DNA of 64,000 nt, from IMG/VR virus record IMGVR_UViG_3300012347_000256. The stretch is one strand, 5' to 3'. The notes under the pieces are model-generated. The model was given only the letters and a program-made list of their open reading frames with translations, did no database searches and had not been told where the DNA came from. Positions 56,135-64,000 of the stretch are shown here, piece by piece. Numbering within the stretch: position 1 is the stretch's first letter; each line of letters begins with the position of its first letter. The translations under genes and the position numbers were made by a program. Source of the DNA: a virus (taxonomy: Duplodnaviria; Heunggongvirae; Uroviricota; Caudoviricetes).

Positions 56135-59100
56135 ATGGAACTTAGTGAATTAAAGTTCGTAGTAAATACGAAACAACTAGAAGATGCGGCAACTAAAATT
56201 AAAGAGTTAGCCGTAGAAGTATCTAAATTAAATAAACCAGTAACAGATGCTGCCCTTAAATCTGAAAAACTAGCTCAAGCTCAAGCAAAGACTGCCCGTG
56301 AAACTGCTAAACTAGAAGAAGCAAACACCAAAACTGCAATTGCTGCCGAAAGACTAACCAAAGCTCAAAAGGCCAATACAACTGCAGCAAATGCTGGAAA
56401 CACTATTGCAGAACGTCAAACTGAAATTCTTAAGTTCCAGACTGAAGGTTATTCTAAAGGTCAAGCTGCAACCTTAGCTGCTGCTAAAGCTGCAGGTGCT
56501 TATGATGATGTACTGCAACAACTAGGTGTTACATTAAAAGACCAACGAATTCTAATGGGCGGACAACCGTTTGATAACAGCATAGGTTTGATGCAGAAGT
56601 TAGAAAACGAAACTCGTATTAGTACTGAAGTTAATAATCTTTTTAACAAAAGTCTAGGTTTAACTGAAAAACAAATGATTGATCTTGCTCGTGAGCATGA
56701 AAGATTAATCAAGAAATATGAACTAGAAGGTAAGAGCCTTTCAGGTGTAGCTGCTGAGTACGATGAGTTGATTCGAAAGAGTGTAATGCTAACTCAAACC
56801 AATGACGCTCGTACCAACAGTATGAAAGCTCAAATCAAAGCTCAAAATGATACTGCTAAAGCTAATGAATATATTGCTAAAGAATTAGAACGAGTTAATC
56901 GTTTGACTGAATCTAATGGTGATATTACCAGTGCAACTAACAATAGATTAATCAGATTTGAAAAAGAATTAAAAGCTTCAGGTATAACAGCTGCAGAAGT
57001 TACTACTAGACTAGACGCTTACAGAACTTCATTATTAGCTACTCAAAAAGCTGCAGGTAATCGTCAAATTGATTATCTCTCTCGTGCATTAGGTCCACAA
57101 ATCACGGATATTTTCGTAGGTCTAGCTACAGGTCAAGCACCTTTAACTATCTTGCTACAACAAGGTGGTCAGTTGCGCGATCAGTTTGCACTAGCAGGTG
57201 TAGCGGGATCAGAGATGGGTAAAATGCTTGTGCAAGCTAGTAAGGCAATGGTTTCAAGCGTTAAAGATATCGGTCTTGCTGTAGGACAACTAATTACAGG
57301 TGCTTTTGTAGGTGCAGGTAAAGCTGTTACTGATTTTGGACTGCAGATTACTGGAACCGGATTTTTATTAGAGTCAATGAGAAGTGGTATTGTAAAGATG
57401 GTAGGTGAAAATTCAATGGTTGTAAAAACCTTTGATGCCGCTGGTAAAGCTATTACATTATTTACAGGTATAGCAGTTGTTGCAGGTATTACGGCTTTAG
57501 CTTCATTAGCTATAGCAATGTCAAATGTTATTAAAGAAGAAAATGCTTTAAACCGTGCTTTAAATCTTACAGGTGCAGCGATGGGTCTTACTTTGGACAT
57601 GGCATACGATGCTGCACGAGGTATGGAACAGTTTGGTGTAAGTACAGGTACAGCTTTAACCGTATTAACAGCAATGTCTAAAGCAGGAGGTATGAGTGCA
57701 GATAGTCTGAAAATGATAGCTACTACAGCTAAAGCAATGAAGACAGCATTCGATATTCCTATTGAAGAAACTGTAAAACAGTTTAAAACCCTACAAGAAA
57801 AACCAACAGAATCTTTAACTAAACTTGCCATCCAGTTAGGAACAATTCCTGTTGAAATCTTAAAACAAGTAGATGCCTACGAGCGTGCTGGTAAGGTTAT
57901 CAAAGCCGCTGAGTTAGCAACTAAGGCTTATGCCGATGCTGGTAAAGATGCAGCCAATAGAACAGTAGAAAACTTTGGCACAATCACAAGATTAGGTATT
58001 CAGTTAAGTAAAATTTGGGATAAGGCTTGGGAATCAATAATGAATATTGGTCGCAAAGGTACGTTGTCTGAACAAATTAGCAATGCTGAAAACGAATTAA
58101 AATCTAGAATTAAAGCAGCAGCGGCATTATCAGGCAGTCCTTATAATCGTGGTCTGGTTGACGCTGATACTAAAGCTCTTGAAGCTACATTAGAATCTCT
58201 GAAAGAACAAGATAGATTATTAAAAAGTCAAGCAGCGAGTAGAGCGACAAATTCAGCAGAAGCTTCTAAGTTTGAGGATGATAAAAAGAAGAGAGATGAA
58301 GCAGCTAATAAGTTAAAAGCAGATGCTAAGAAACTAGAGGAATCTTATAACAGTGAACTAGATAAAGCCAAAGAAACATATCTTGCTCAGATCGGTGCTC
58401 TGGATCATTTGACTAAATCAGAGATAACTCTTCAAAAGATAAAAGCCTCTACTAATTGGAATGCATATACTCAACAGCAACGTGATTATATTACCTCTCT
58501 TTATGAAGCTACTATCGTTAGTGAAAAAGCAGTTAAGTCTGAAAAAGAACGTGCAGATGCAATTGAAAAATTAATGCAGGTTCAAAAGAAAGCTGATGAT
58601 GCTTTGTTTGATTCTCTAGATGCTGAACATGCGTTGAATATGCAAGTTCTAGAGCAAACACAATTACTGGAGTTACAAGCTTCTTTAATTAAAGCGACTG
58701 ATGAAGAACGTAAGAAAGCTCTTACAGTTAAAAAGCTTGATCTTGCACTTGAAAAAGAAATCGCTGATATCAAGAAAAGAGCTATTCCAGAAGCCGAGCA
58801 AAACGATCAGATTAATCGTGCAAGACAGCGTAGAACAGACGCTGAAAAGAATCTCAATACTGAACTAGCTATCGATGCTGCTACTAAGACATTAGAAGAG
58901 TACAACAAAATTAAAGATGGTGTAACTGATAGTATTGTAACTGCATTAATTGACGGTGGTGAAGAAGGTGGTAAGAAGCTAAGAGCTATCATTGAAGCTG
59001 AACTTAGAAAGCCAGTTGTTATGATTGTTAAAGCAGTTGTAGATGCAGCATTAGGTGGTATAACAGGATCAGCTGGTGGCGCAGGCAGTTCAATTGCAGG

Positions 59101-60415
59101 AAATATTATAGGAAACACTGTAGGCTCTATTGCCATTGGTGGTTCAACATTAGGTGCAATGGGTCAATATTTTGCTACTGGTTTTATGAACACTATTGCA
59201 GGTACTGGCGCTGCTACTGGAGCAGCTGCAGGTGGTGCTATTGGTGGTGCGAATGGTCTAGCTATGTCTGCAGGTGCTTACGGTCCTTATGCACTAGCTG
59301 CAGTGGCTGTATTAAACGCCCTAGGTGCATTCAGAACTACAAAGCAAGTAGGTGGTGGTATCTCAGGTACTTTAGGTGGTAGTGTTGATCAGTACGGTAC
59401 AATGCGAAAGTCCGGTACTTTGTTTAATGGTCCAAGTTACTTCAGACAAAACCAAGGTACTTTTGCAGGCAATGATTTACTTCAAACTTCATTCCAGCAA
59501 TTAAAAGATAGCACCAAAGCAATGGCAGATACTTTAAAGTTATCTTCTACTGGTGTTGAAGACTTTACAAAAACAATCGATATTAGTTTTGATGGTTTAA
59601 CCAACACTCAAATCGAAGAGAAAATCGCTAGTACTTTAAAAAGTGTCAACGATGAACTTGCAGCATTAGTATTAGGTGCAGGTGCTACAGCTGATCAATT
59701 AAACACTCTTTATAACAACGTAATGCAACAGCGTTATGATTTAGAAACTCAATTGCTAGAACTACAAGGTAAAACTGTAGAACTCCGTGAAAGAGAAAGA
59801 GCTAAAATCTATGATGTTAACAAAGAAATGTTTGATCAGATCAAAGCATTAGAAGATCAAAAGGTTGCTAATGAACAAGCAGCCGCTGCTATGGAAAAGC
59901 TCACCAGCGTGACTACAACCATCGTAGATGAGATTAATCGCTTGCGTGGTGTCAGCACATCCAGTTCAGGTTTAGAGGCTCAATTCGCTATTCTAACGGC
60001 TCAGGCTCGTTCAGGTGATCTTGCAGCATTAGCTCAACTACCAGAAGTTACAAAAGGTCTAGAGCAGATTGCAGCTTCAAGCGCTGTTAATGCTACGGAT
60101 ATTATTGTCGCTAGAGCTAGACTTGCACAATCATTGCAAGATACTTTAGGTTACTTCCCTAGTGGAACATCCTTAAGCACAAGCAGTACATCTGTAAGTG
60201 CTTCAAACGCTTTATCTTCAGGACTAACCGTTTCTTCAGGAACTTCTGTAAATTCTGCCTCAAGTAACCAAGAGTTATTAGCTGCATTGGTTACCGAAGT
60301 TCAAGGATTGCGTGCTGAAGTAAGAGCTGATGTATCTCACAATGCGAAAACAGCTAAGATTCTAGAACGTGTTAATCAAGATGGTGAATCACTGAGCATT
60401 ACAACTCTGGTCTAA
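56135..60415 (+). CDS. tail tape measure protein
   Basis: 1426 aa. Long coiled-coil and Ala/Gly-rich segments. Terminator-like hairpin at 60424-60448. Confidence 0.85.
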   Translation: MELSELKFVVNTKQLEDAATKIKELAVEVSKLNKPVTDAALKSEKLAQAQAKTARETAKLEEANTKTAIAAERLTKAQKANTTAANAGNTIAERQTEILKFQTEGYSKGQAATLAAAKAAGAYDDVLQQLGVTLKDQRILMGGQPFDNSIGLMQKLENETRISTEVNNLFNKSLGLTEKQMIDLAREHERLIKKYELEGKSLSGVAAEYDELIRKSVMLTQTNDARTNSMKAQIKAQNDTAKANEYIAKELERVNRLTESNGDITSATNNRLIRFEKELKASGITAAEVTTRLDAYRTSLLATQKAAGNRQIDYLSRALGPQITDIFVGLATGQAPLTILLQQGGQLRDQFALAGVAGSEMGKMLVQASKAMVSSVKDIGLAVGQLITGAFVGAGKAVTDFGLQITGTGFLLESMRSGIVKMVGENSMVVKTFDAAGKAITLFTGIAVVAGITALASLAIAMSNVIKEENALNRALNLTGAAMGLTLDMAYDAARGMEQFGVSTGTALTVLTAMSKAGGMSADSLKMIATTAKAMKTAFDIPIEETVKQFKTLQEKPTESLTKLAIQLGTIPVEILKQVDAYERAGKVIKAAELATKAYADAGKDAANRTVENFGTITRLGIQLSKIWDKAWESIMNIGRKGTLSEQISNAENELKSRIKAAAALSGSPYNRGLVDADTKALEATLESLKEQDRLLKSQAASRATNSAEASKFEDDKKKRDEAANKLKADAKKLEESYNSELDKAKETYLAQIGALDHLTKSEITLQKIKASTNWNAYTQQQRDYITSLYEATIVSEKAVKSEKERADAIEKLMQVQKKADDALFDSLDAEHALNMQVLEQTQLLELQASLIKATDEERKKALTVKKLDLALEKEIADIKKRAIPEAEQNDQINRARQRRTDAEKNLNTELAIDAATKTLEEYNKIKDGVTDSIVTALIDGGEEGGKKLRAIIEAELRKPVVMIVKAVVDAALGGITGSAGGAGSSIAGNIIGNTVGSIAIGGSTLGAMGQYFATGFMNTIAGTGAATGAAAGGAIGGANGLAMSAGAYGPYALAAVAVLNALGAFRTTKQVGGGISGTLGGSVDQYGTMRKSGTLFNGPSYFRQNQGTFAGNDLLQTSFQQLKDSTKAMADTLKLSSTGVEDFTKTIDISFDGLTNTQIEEKIASTLKSVNDELAALVLGAGATADQLNTLYNNVMQQRYDLETQLLELQGKTVELRERERAKIYDVNKEMFDQIKALEDQKVANEQAAAAMEKLTSVTTTIVDEINRLRGVSTSSSGLEAQFAILTAQARSGDLAALAQLPEVTKGLEQIAASSAVNATDIIVARARLAQSLQDTLGYFPSGTSLSTSSTSVSASNALSSGLTVSSGTSVNSASSNQELLAALVTEVQGLRAEVRADVSHNAKTAKILERVNQDGESLSITTLV

Positions 60416-60471
60416 ATATTAACGGGAGGTTTATTCCTCCTGTTATTTAGCATACATAAAGAAAGAAATAA

Positions 60472-61824
60472 ATGAATTTAGTAAAACCAGATTCAGTAAC
60501 TACAACTGGTTCTATCGCCAGAAGTACTACAGGTACTTATTTTGATAGTGCAGGTGTAATACAGACTGCAGCAATTAATGAAGTTCGTGTTAACTACAAT
60601 CCAATAACAAAAGAATTTTTAGGTGTCTTAATTGAAAATGCGAGCACCAATATTATTTTAAACACTCTTTCACTTTCAACTCAAAGTGTAACAGTAGCTA
60701 ATTCACAATACACATTATCATTCTATGGTACAGGTACGATTGTTTTATCAGGCGTACATTCTGCAACTATTGTAGGAACAGGTGCTTATCCAAACAGAGT
60801 AACTTATACTTTTACACCTACAGCTGGAACTTTAACATTAACTGTAACAGGTACTGTACAAAGAGCGCAACTAGAATTAGGCTCTGTACCTACAAGCTAT
60901 ATTCCTACAGTCGCCTCACAAGTAACAAGAGCCGCTGACATTATTACAGGTTCGGGTTTGGTATACACTACACTGACTGAAAGTAATCCAGAATGGTCTA
61001 GCGCTACTACGTATGCTTTAGGTGCAAAAGTAGTCTATGGTATTTATGGCACTTATCAAAGTCTTCAAGCTGGAAACTTAAACCATACTCCACCGATTAC
61101 ATCTCCATTTACTGACGCTTATTGGGTCAGAACCGGACCTACTAATAAGATGGCAATGTTCGATGATCAAATCAGTAGTGTATCTTCTGGTACAAGTGAT
61201 ATCATCTTTGCTGTAGTCGCTAGTTCAATTGATTCAGTAGCTTTACTTAACATAACAGCGTCCAAGACAAACATTGCAGTCACTGATAAAGATACCAAAG
61301 TTTTAGTATATCATAACTCTCAGCAGTTATCTGGTGGAGAATCTTTGGATTGGTATGGATATTTCTTCTATGATTCAGATACGCAAAAGACTTCAAGTAT
61401 TTATCTTGATATTCCACCTGCAGCTAACTCTTTAATAACTATTAAAGTTTCTGGCACGGGCGCAGTTTCAGTAGGTACTTATCTTAATGGTCAAATCAAA
61501 GCTATTGGTAATACACAATACGGTGTGAGTGCTGGTATTATTGATTACTCCAGAAAAGATACTGATGAGTTTGGTAATACTACATTTACAAAGAGAAATT
61601 TCAGCAAACGAATGAATGCTTCCGTATCTTTGACTAACTCTAACTTAAACAGAGTACAACGTATTTTATACGGATTAAGAGCAACTCCTGTACTTTGGCT
61701 TGCAAGCACTGATGCTCAGTTTGAAGAGCCTTTGATTATCTACGGATTTTACAGAGATTTTTCTACAGAGATTTCATACCCAACGCATTCTATCTGTAAT
61801 CTACAGGTTGAAGGTTTAATTTAA
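60472..61824 (+). CDS. distal tail/minor tail protein
   Basis: 450 aa, directly after the tape measure gene. Confidence 0.5.
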   Translation: MNLVKPDSVTTTGSIARSTTGTYFDSAGVIQTAAINEVRVNYNPITKEFLGVLIENASTNIILNTLSLSTQSVTVANSQYTLSFYGTGTIVLSGVHSATIVGTGAYPNRVTYTFTPTAGTLTLTVTGTVQRAQLELGSVPTSYIPTVASQVTRAADIITGSGLVYTTLTESNPEWSSATTYALGAKVVYGIYGTYQSLQAGNLNHTPPITSPFTDAYWVRTGPTNKMAMFDDQISSVSSGTSDIIFAVVASSIDSVALLNITASKTNIAVTDKDTKVLVYHNSQQLSGGESLDWYGYFFYDSDTQKTSSIYLDIPPAANSLITIKVSGTGAVSVGTYLNGQIKAIGNTQYGVSAGIIDYSRKDTDEFGNTTFTKRNFSKRMNASVSLTNSNLNRVQRILYGLRATPVLWLASTDAQFEEPLIIYGFYRDFSTEISYPTHSICNLQVEGLI

Positions 61825-61836
61825 TAAAGGAATAAT

Positions 61837-62745
61837 ATGCCTATTACAGCATTACCAACACCCCCAAGTAGACAAGACCCTACGAACTTTAATGATAGAG
61901 CTGATGCTTTTCTAGGAGCATTACCACAATTTCAATCAGAAGCTAATGCGCTTCAAACCAACGTAAACACTAGCGAAGTCAATGCAGTTAATTCTGCAGC
62001 TGCTGTATTAGCAGCAACTAACATTGTAAAGTGGGTTAGCGGAACAACCTATGCTAATGGCGCTGTTGTATGGAGTCCGATTAACGGTTTAGGTTATCGT
62101 AGAATCACAGCCTCTGGTTCTGGTACTACCGATCCTTCTGCAGATAGCACTAATTATAAACAAGTCAATGGGACAGGTGATGTATCTACCAGTGGCAACC
62201 AGACTATTGATGGTGTAAAGACATTCAGTAACGGTATTGTTGGTAACGTCACTGGCGGTGTTACTGGTAACGTAACAGGAGATGTATCTGGCAATGCTGG
62301 TACAGTTACTAATGGTGTTTACACAAGTGGCAACCAAACTATTGCTGGAGTTAAAACATTCAGCAGTGGCATTATTAGCAGTGTTACTGGAAACGTCACA
62401 GGTAATGCAGACAGTGCTACAAAATTAAGTACAGCAAGTGGTTCAGCACCTAGTTATTCAGCGAGAGCATGGGTTCTGTTTAACGGTACAGGTACAGTTG
62501 GAATTTTTTCTAGTGGTAACGTGTCAAGTATTTCTGATGTAGGTGTTGGACAGTACGCTGTAAATTTTACAACCGCAATGCAAGACACTAATTACGCAGT
62601 TTCAGGATCGGCTGGAAACATACTTACGGACCAAGTTATATCGGTTAAATCACTTTTAACCACATCTTGTGCAATTGATACCATAGGTGCTGGAAGTACA
62701 TCCAGAGTTGATTCACTTTACACAACTGTTACTATTTTTCGCTGA
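61837..62745 (+). CDS. tail fibre-like protein with short G-x-V-T-G repeats
   Basis: 302 aa. Repeats NVTGGVTGNVTGDVSGNAG and VTGNVTGNADS. Confidence 0.5.
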   Translation: MPITALPTPPSRQDPTNFNDRADAFLGALPQFQSEANALQTNVNTSEVNAVNSAAAVLAATNIVKWVSGTTYANGAVVWSPINGLGYRRITASGSGTTDPSADSTNYKQVNGTGDVSTSGNQTIDGVKTFSNGIVGNVTGGVTGNVTGDVSGNAGTVTNGVYTSGNQTIAGVKTFSSGIISSVTGNVTGNADSATKLSTASGSAPSYSARAWVLFNGTGTVGIFSSGNVSSISDVGVGQYAVNFTTAMQDTNYAVSGSAGNILTDQVISVKSLLTTSCAIDTIGAGSTSRVDSLYTTVTIFR

Positions 62746-62754
62746 AAGAACACT

Positions 62755-62940
62755 ATGAACAAAAGAATTATTTATACTAAACCAGAAGGTGGGATTGCCA
62801 TCCTTATTCCAGCTGCTGAATGTGGCCTTACTATTGAAGAAATTGCAGCCAAAGATGTGCCAGCTGGACTGCAGTATTTTATTGTCGATGCATCAGAGAT
62901 TCCGACCGACAGAACCTTTAGAAATGCATGGGAGATTTAA
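62755..62940 (+). CDS. hypothetical protein
   Basis: 61 aa. Confidence 0.3.
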   Translation: MNKRIIYTKPEGGIAILIPAAECGLTIEEIAAKDVPAGLQYFIVDASEIPTDRTFRNAWEI

Positions 62941-62941
62941 T

Positions 62942-63190
62942 ATGTCGTTAATTAAAGTAAATATGCAAAAAGCAACAGAGATTAAAAAAGATATGCTACG
63001 TGTAGATCGTCAACCTCTGTTAGCTGATCTAGATGTGCAGATGTTAAGGGCTATGGAAGTATCAGATATTGAAAAGCAAGCTGAAATCTTAGCTAAAAAG
63101 CAAGCACTACGTGATATTACAACTCACCCTGATTTACTGGCAGCTACTACACCCGAAGAGCTTAAAGCTTTCAGTATTGCTCAAGTTTAA
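62942..63190 (+). CDS. hypothetical protein
   Basis: Trimmed from 62789-63190 to the ATG directly after the upstream stop. Confidence 0.4.
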   Translation: MSLIKVNMQKATEIKKDMLRVDRQPLLADLDVQMLRAMEVSDIEKQAEILAKKQALRDITTHPDLLAATTPEELKAFSIAQV

Positions 63191-63244
63191 TAACCTTGCT
63201 AATCGCAAAAACTCGTGATATAATAGCTTATAAAAAGTATCATT

Positions 63245-63270
63245 AGGTCACCTTCGGGTGACCTTTTGCG
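63245..63270 (+). terminator. rho-independent terminator
   Basis: GGTCACCTTCGGGTGACC followed by TTTTG. Confidence 0.55.
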
Positions 63271-63311
63271 TTATCAATCAGTTAAGTCATTAGCACAATC
63301 TTGGAAGTAAT

Positions 63312-63539
63312 ATGTCAGATCAAATAGAGCACAGAGTAATTAAGTTAGAATTAAAAGTAGAAGATCATGCTGATGAGTTAAAGAAGCTTCAAGATATTTC
63401 TACTGATTTACGCAATTCACTAACAGGTATAGAAAAGACTTTAAACCAAATCAAGTACTTAGCGATGGGTGCTGTATTTGTAGTACTATCGCAATCAATG
63501 GGTATTACTAACGTACTTAAGTTAATCGTCGGGATGTAA
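63312..63539 (+). CDS. small protein with C-terminal TM (holin/antiholin-like)
   Basis: 75 aa. C-terminal YLAMGAVFVVLSQSMGITNVLKLIVGM. Confidence 0.4.
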   Translation: MSDQIEHRVIKLELKVEDHADELKKLQDISTDLRNSLTGIEKTLNQIKYLAMGAVFVVLSQSMGITNVLKLIVGM

Positions 63540-63566
63540 TGCAGGGATATAATTAAAGGAGCAAAT

Positions 63567-64000
63567 ATGCTACCATTAGTATCAGGAATTATTAGTTCGT
63601 TATTAGCGGCTAATCTACCAAAGCTTGCTCAAGCAGTAGTAGATAAAGGTGTTGATTATGTGGAGCAGAAAACAGGTATTACGCTTGAACCTAATATGTC
63701 GGCTGAGAAGATCGCCGAATTAAAACAAGCAACTTTAAAACACGCAGAATTTATGGAAGAGCAACATACAAAGAACACCGCAAGTGCTCGTGATATGAAT
63801 GCTCGTATTCAAGAAGCACAAGCAGGTTCTACGCTGTCTAAGAATGCAGCATATCTTTTGGATTTTGTCATCGTAGGTGCAGCTGTGATTGTATCTTGGT
63901 TAGCTTTCTTTAAAGGTGTACCTATTGAAAATAAAGAGCTAGTCTATATGGCGCTTGGTTCTTTGTGGACATTGACAGGTACTATCATTAACTTTCATCG
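63567..64000 (+). CDS. membrane protein with two or more TM helices (holin-like), partial at window end
   Basis: Not in the track because it runs off the end. AAGGAG ribosome-binding site. Hydrophobic segments AAYLLDFVIVGAAVIVSWLAFF and VYMALGSLWTLTGTII. Confidence 0.45.
   Translation, partial: MLPLVSGIISSLLAANLPKLAQAVVDKGVDYVEQKTGITLEPNMSAEKIAELKQATLKHAEFMEEQHTKNTASARDMNARIQEAQAGSTLSKNAAYLLDFVIVGAAVIVSWLAFFKGVPIENKELVYMALGSLWTLTGTIINFH

Noticed and set aside
57181-59136. Minus-strand ORFs (216, 63 and 109 aa) inside the tape measure gene
   Set aside because: They are antisense to a 1426-aa continuous frame. The Ala/Gly-rich sequence gives open reverse frames.
1-64000. Prophage, lysogeny or defence-island interpretation
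   Set aside because: No integrase, excisionase, CI/Cro-like repressor pair, attachment-site repeats or flanking bacterial housekeeping genes are visible. The content is replication, nucleotide-metabolism and structural modules of a virulent-type phage.

Overview
This 64 kb window is a contiguous stretch of a tailed, apparently virulent phage genome. It is AT-rich (roughly high-30s % GC by eye) with no integrase, repressor or attachment-site signature. Gene packing and module order are phage-typical, and no ordinary bacterial chromosomal genes flank the region.

Module layout:
- 1-11654, minus strand: a T7-like replication module (family A DNA polymerase, partial; gp4-type primase-helicase; ATP-dependent DNA ligase; a DraRnl/PF09414-like RNA ligase; two HNH endonucleases). 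It ends in a translationally coupled operon that terminates in an SPFH (band-7) membrane protein.
- 11655-11931: a divergent promoter region.
- 11932-29434, plus strand: a long early/middle block of small genes plus nucleotide-metabolism and nucleic-acid-processing genes. These include a miniature C5 cytosine methyltransferase, a CDA-fold deaminase, dCMP deaminase, a T4 Pnk-like kinase, a ligase-like nucleotidyltransferase, a metallophosphoesterase, ThyX, an HU-like protein and a SleB-like hydrolase. Two copies of a self-contained HNH homing-endonuclease cassette are also present.
- 29440-30590: an origin-like non-coding region with nine 20-bp phased iterons, an inverted repeat and three DnaA boxes.
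- 30593-32649: a set of small plus-strand genes, each preceded by a palindromic TATCGGGTA-type motif.
- 33443-35381, minus strand: a PhoH and ClpP-like protease operon.
- 35400-38356: an AT-rich region with 11-bp tandem repeats, followed by a hairpin-dense, GC-enriched non-coding stretch.
- 38357-64000, plus strand: the structural module of a siphovirus-type virion. It runs TerS, TerL, portal, head accessory genes (including a strikingly GC-rich 582-aa gene), protease, scaffold and capsid, then connector genes, major tail protein, tail chaperone with a +1 frameshift candidate, a 1426-aa tape measure, distal tail and fibre-like proteins, and holin-like genes.

Eight homing endonucleases (HNH and GIY-YIG) are scattered through the window; three of different families share a conserved upstream hairpin motif. 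About nineteen extended -10 promoters (TGnTAyAAT) are scattered through the window.
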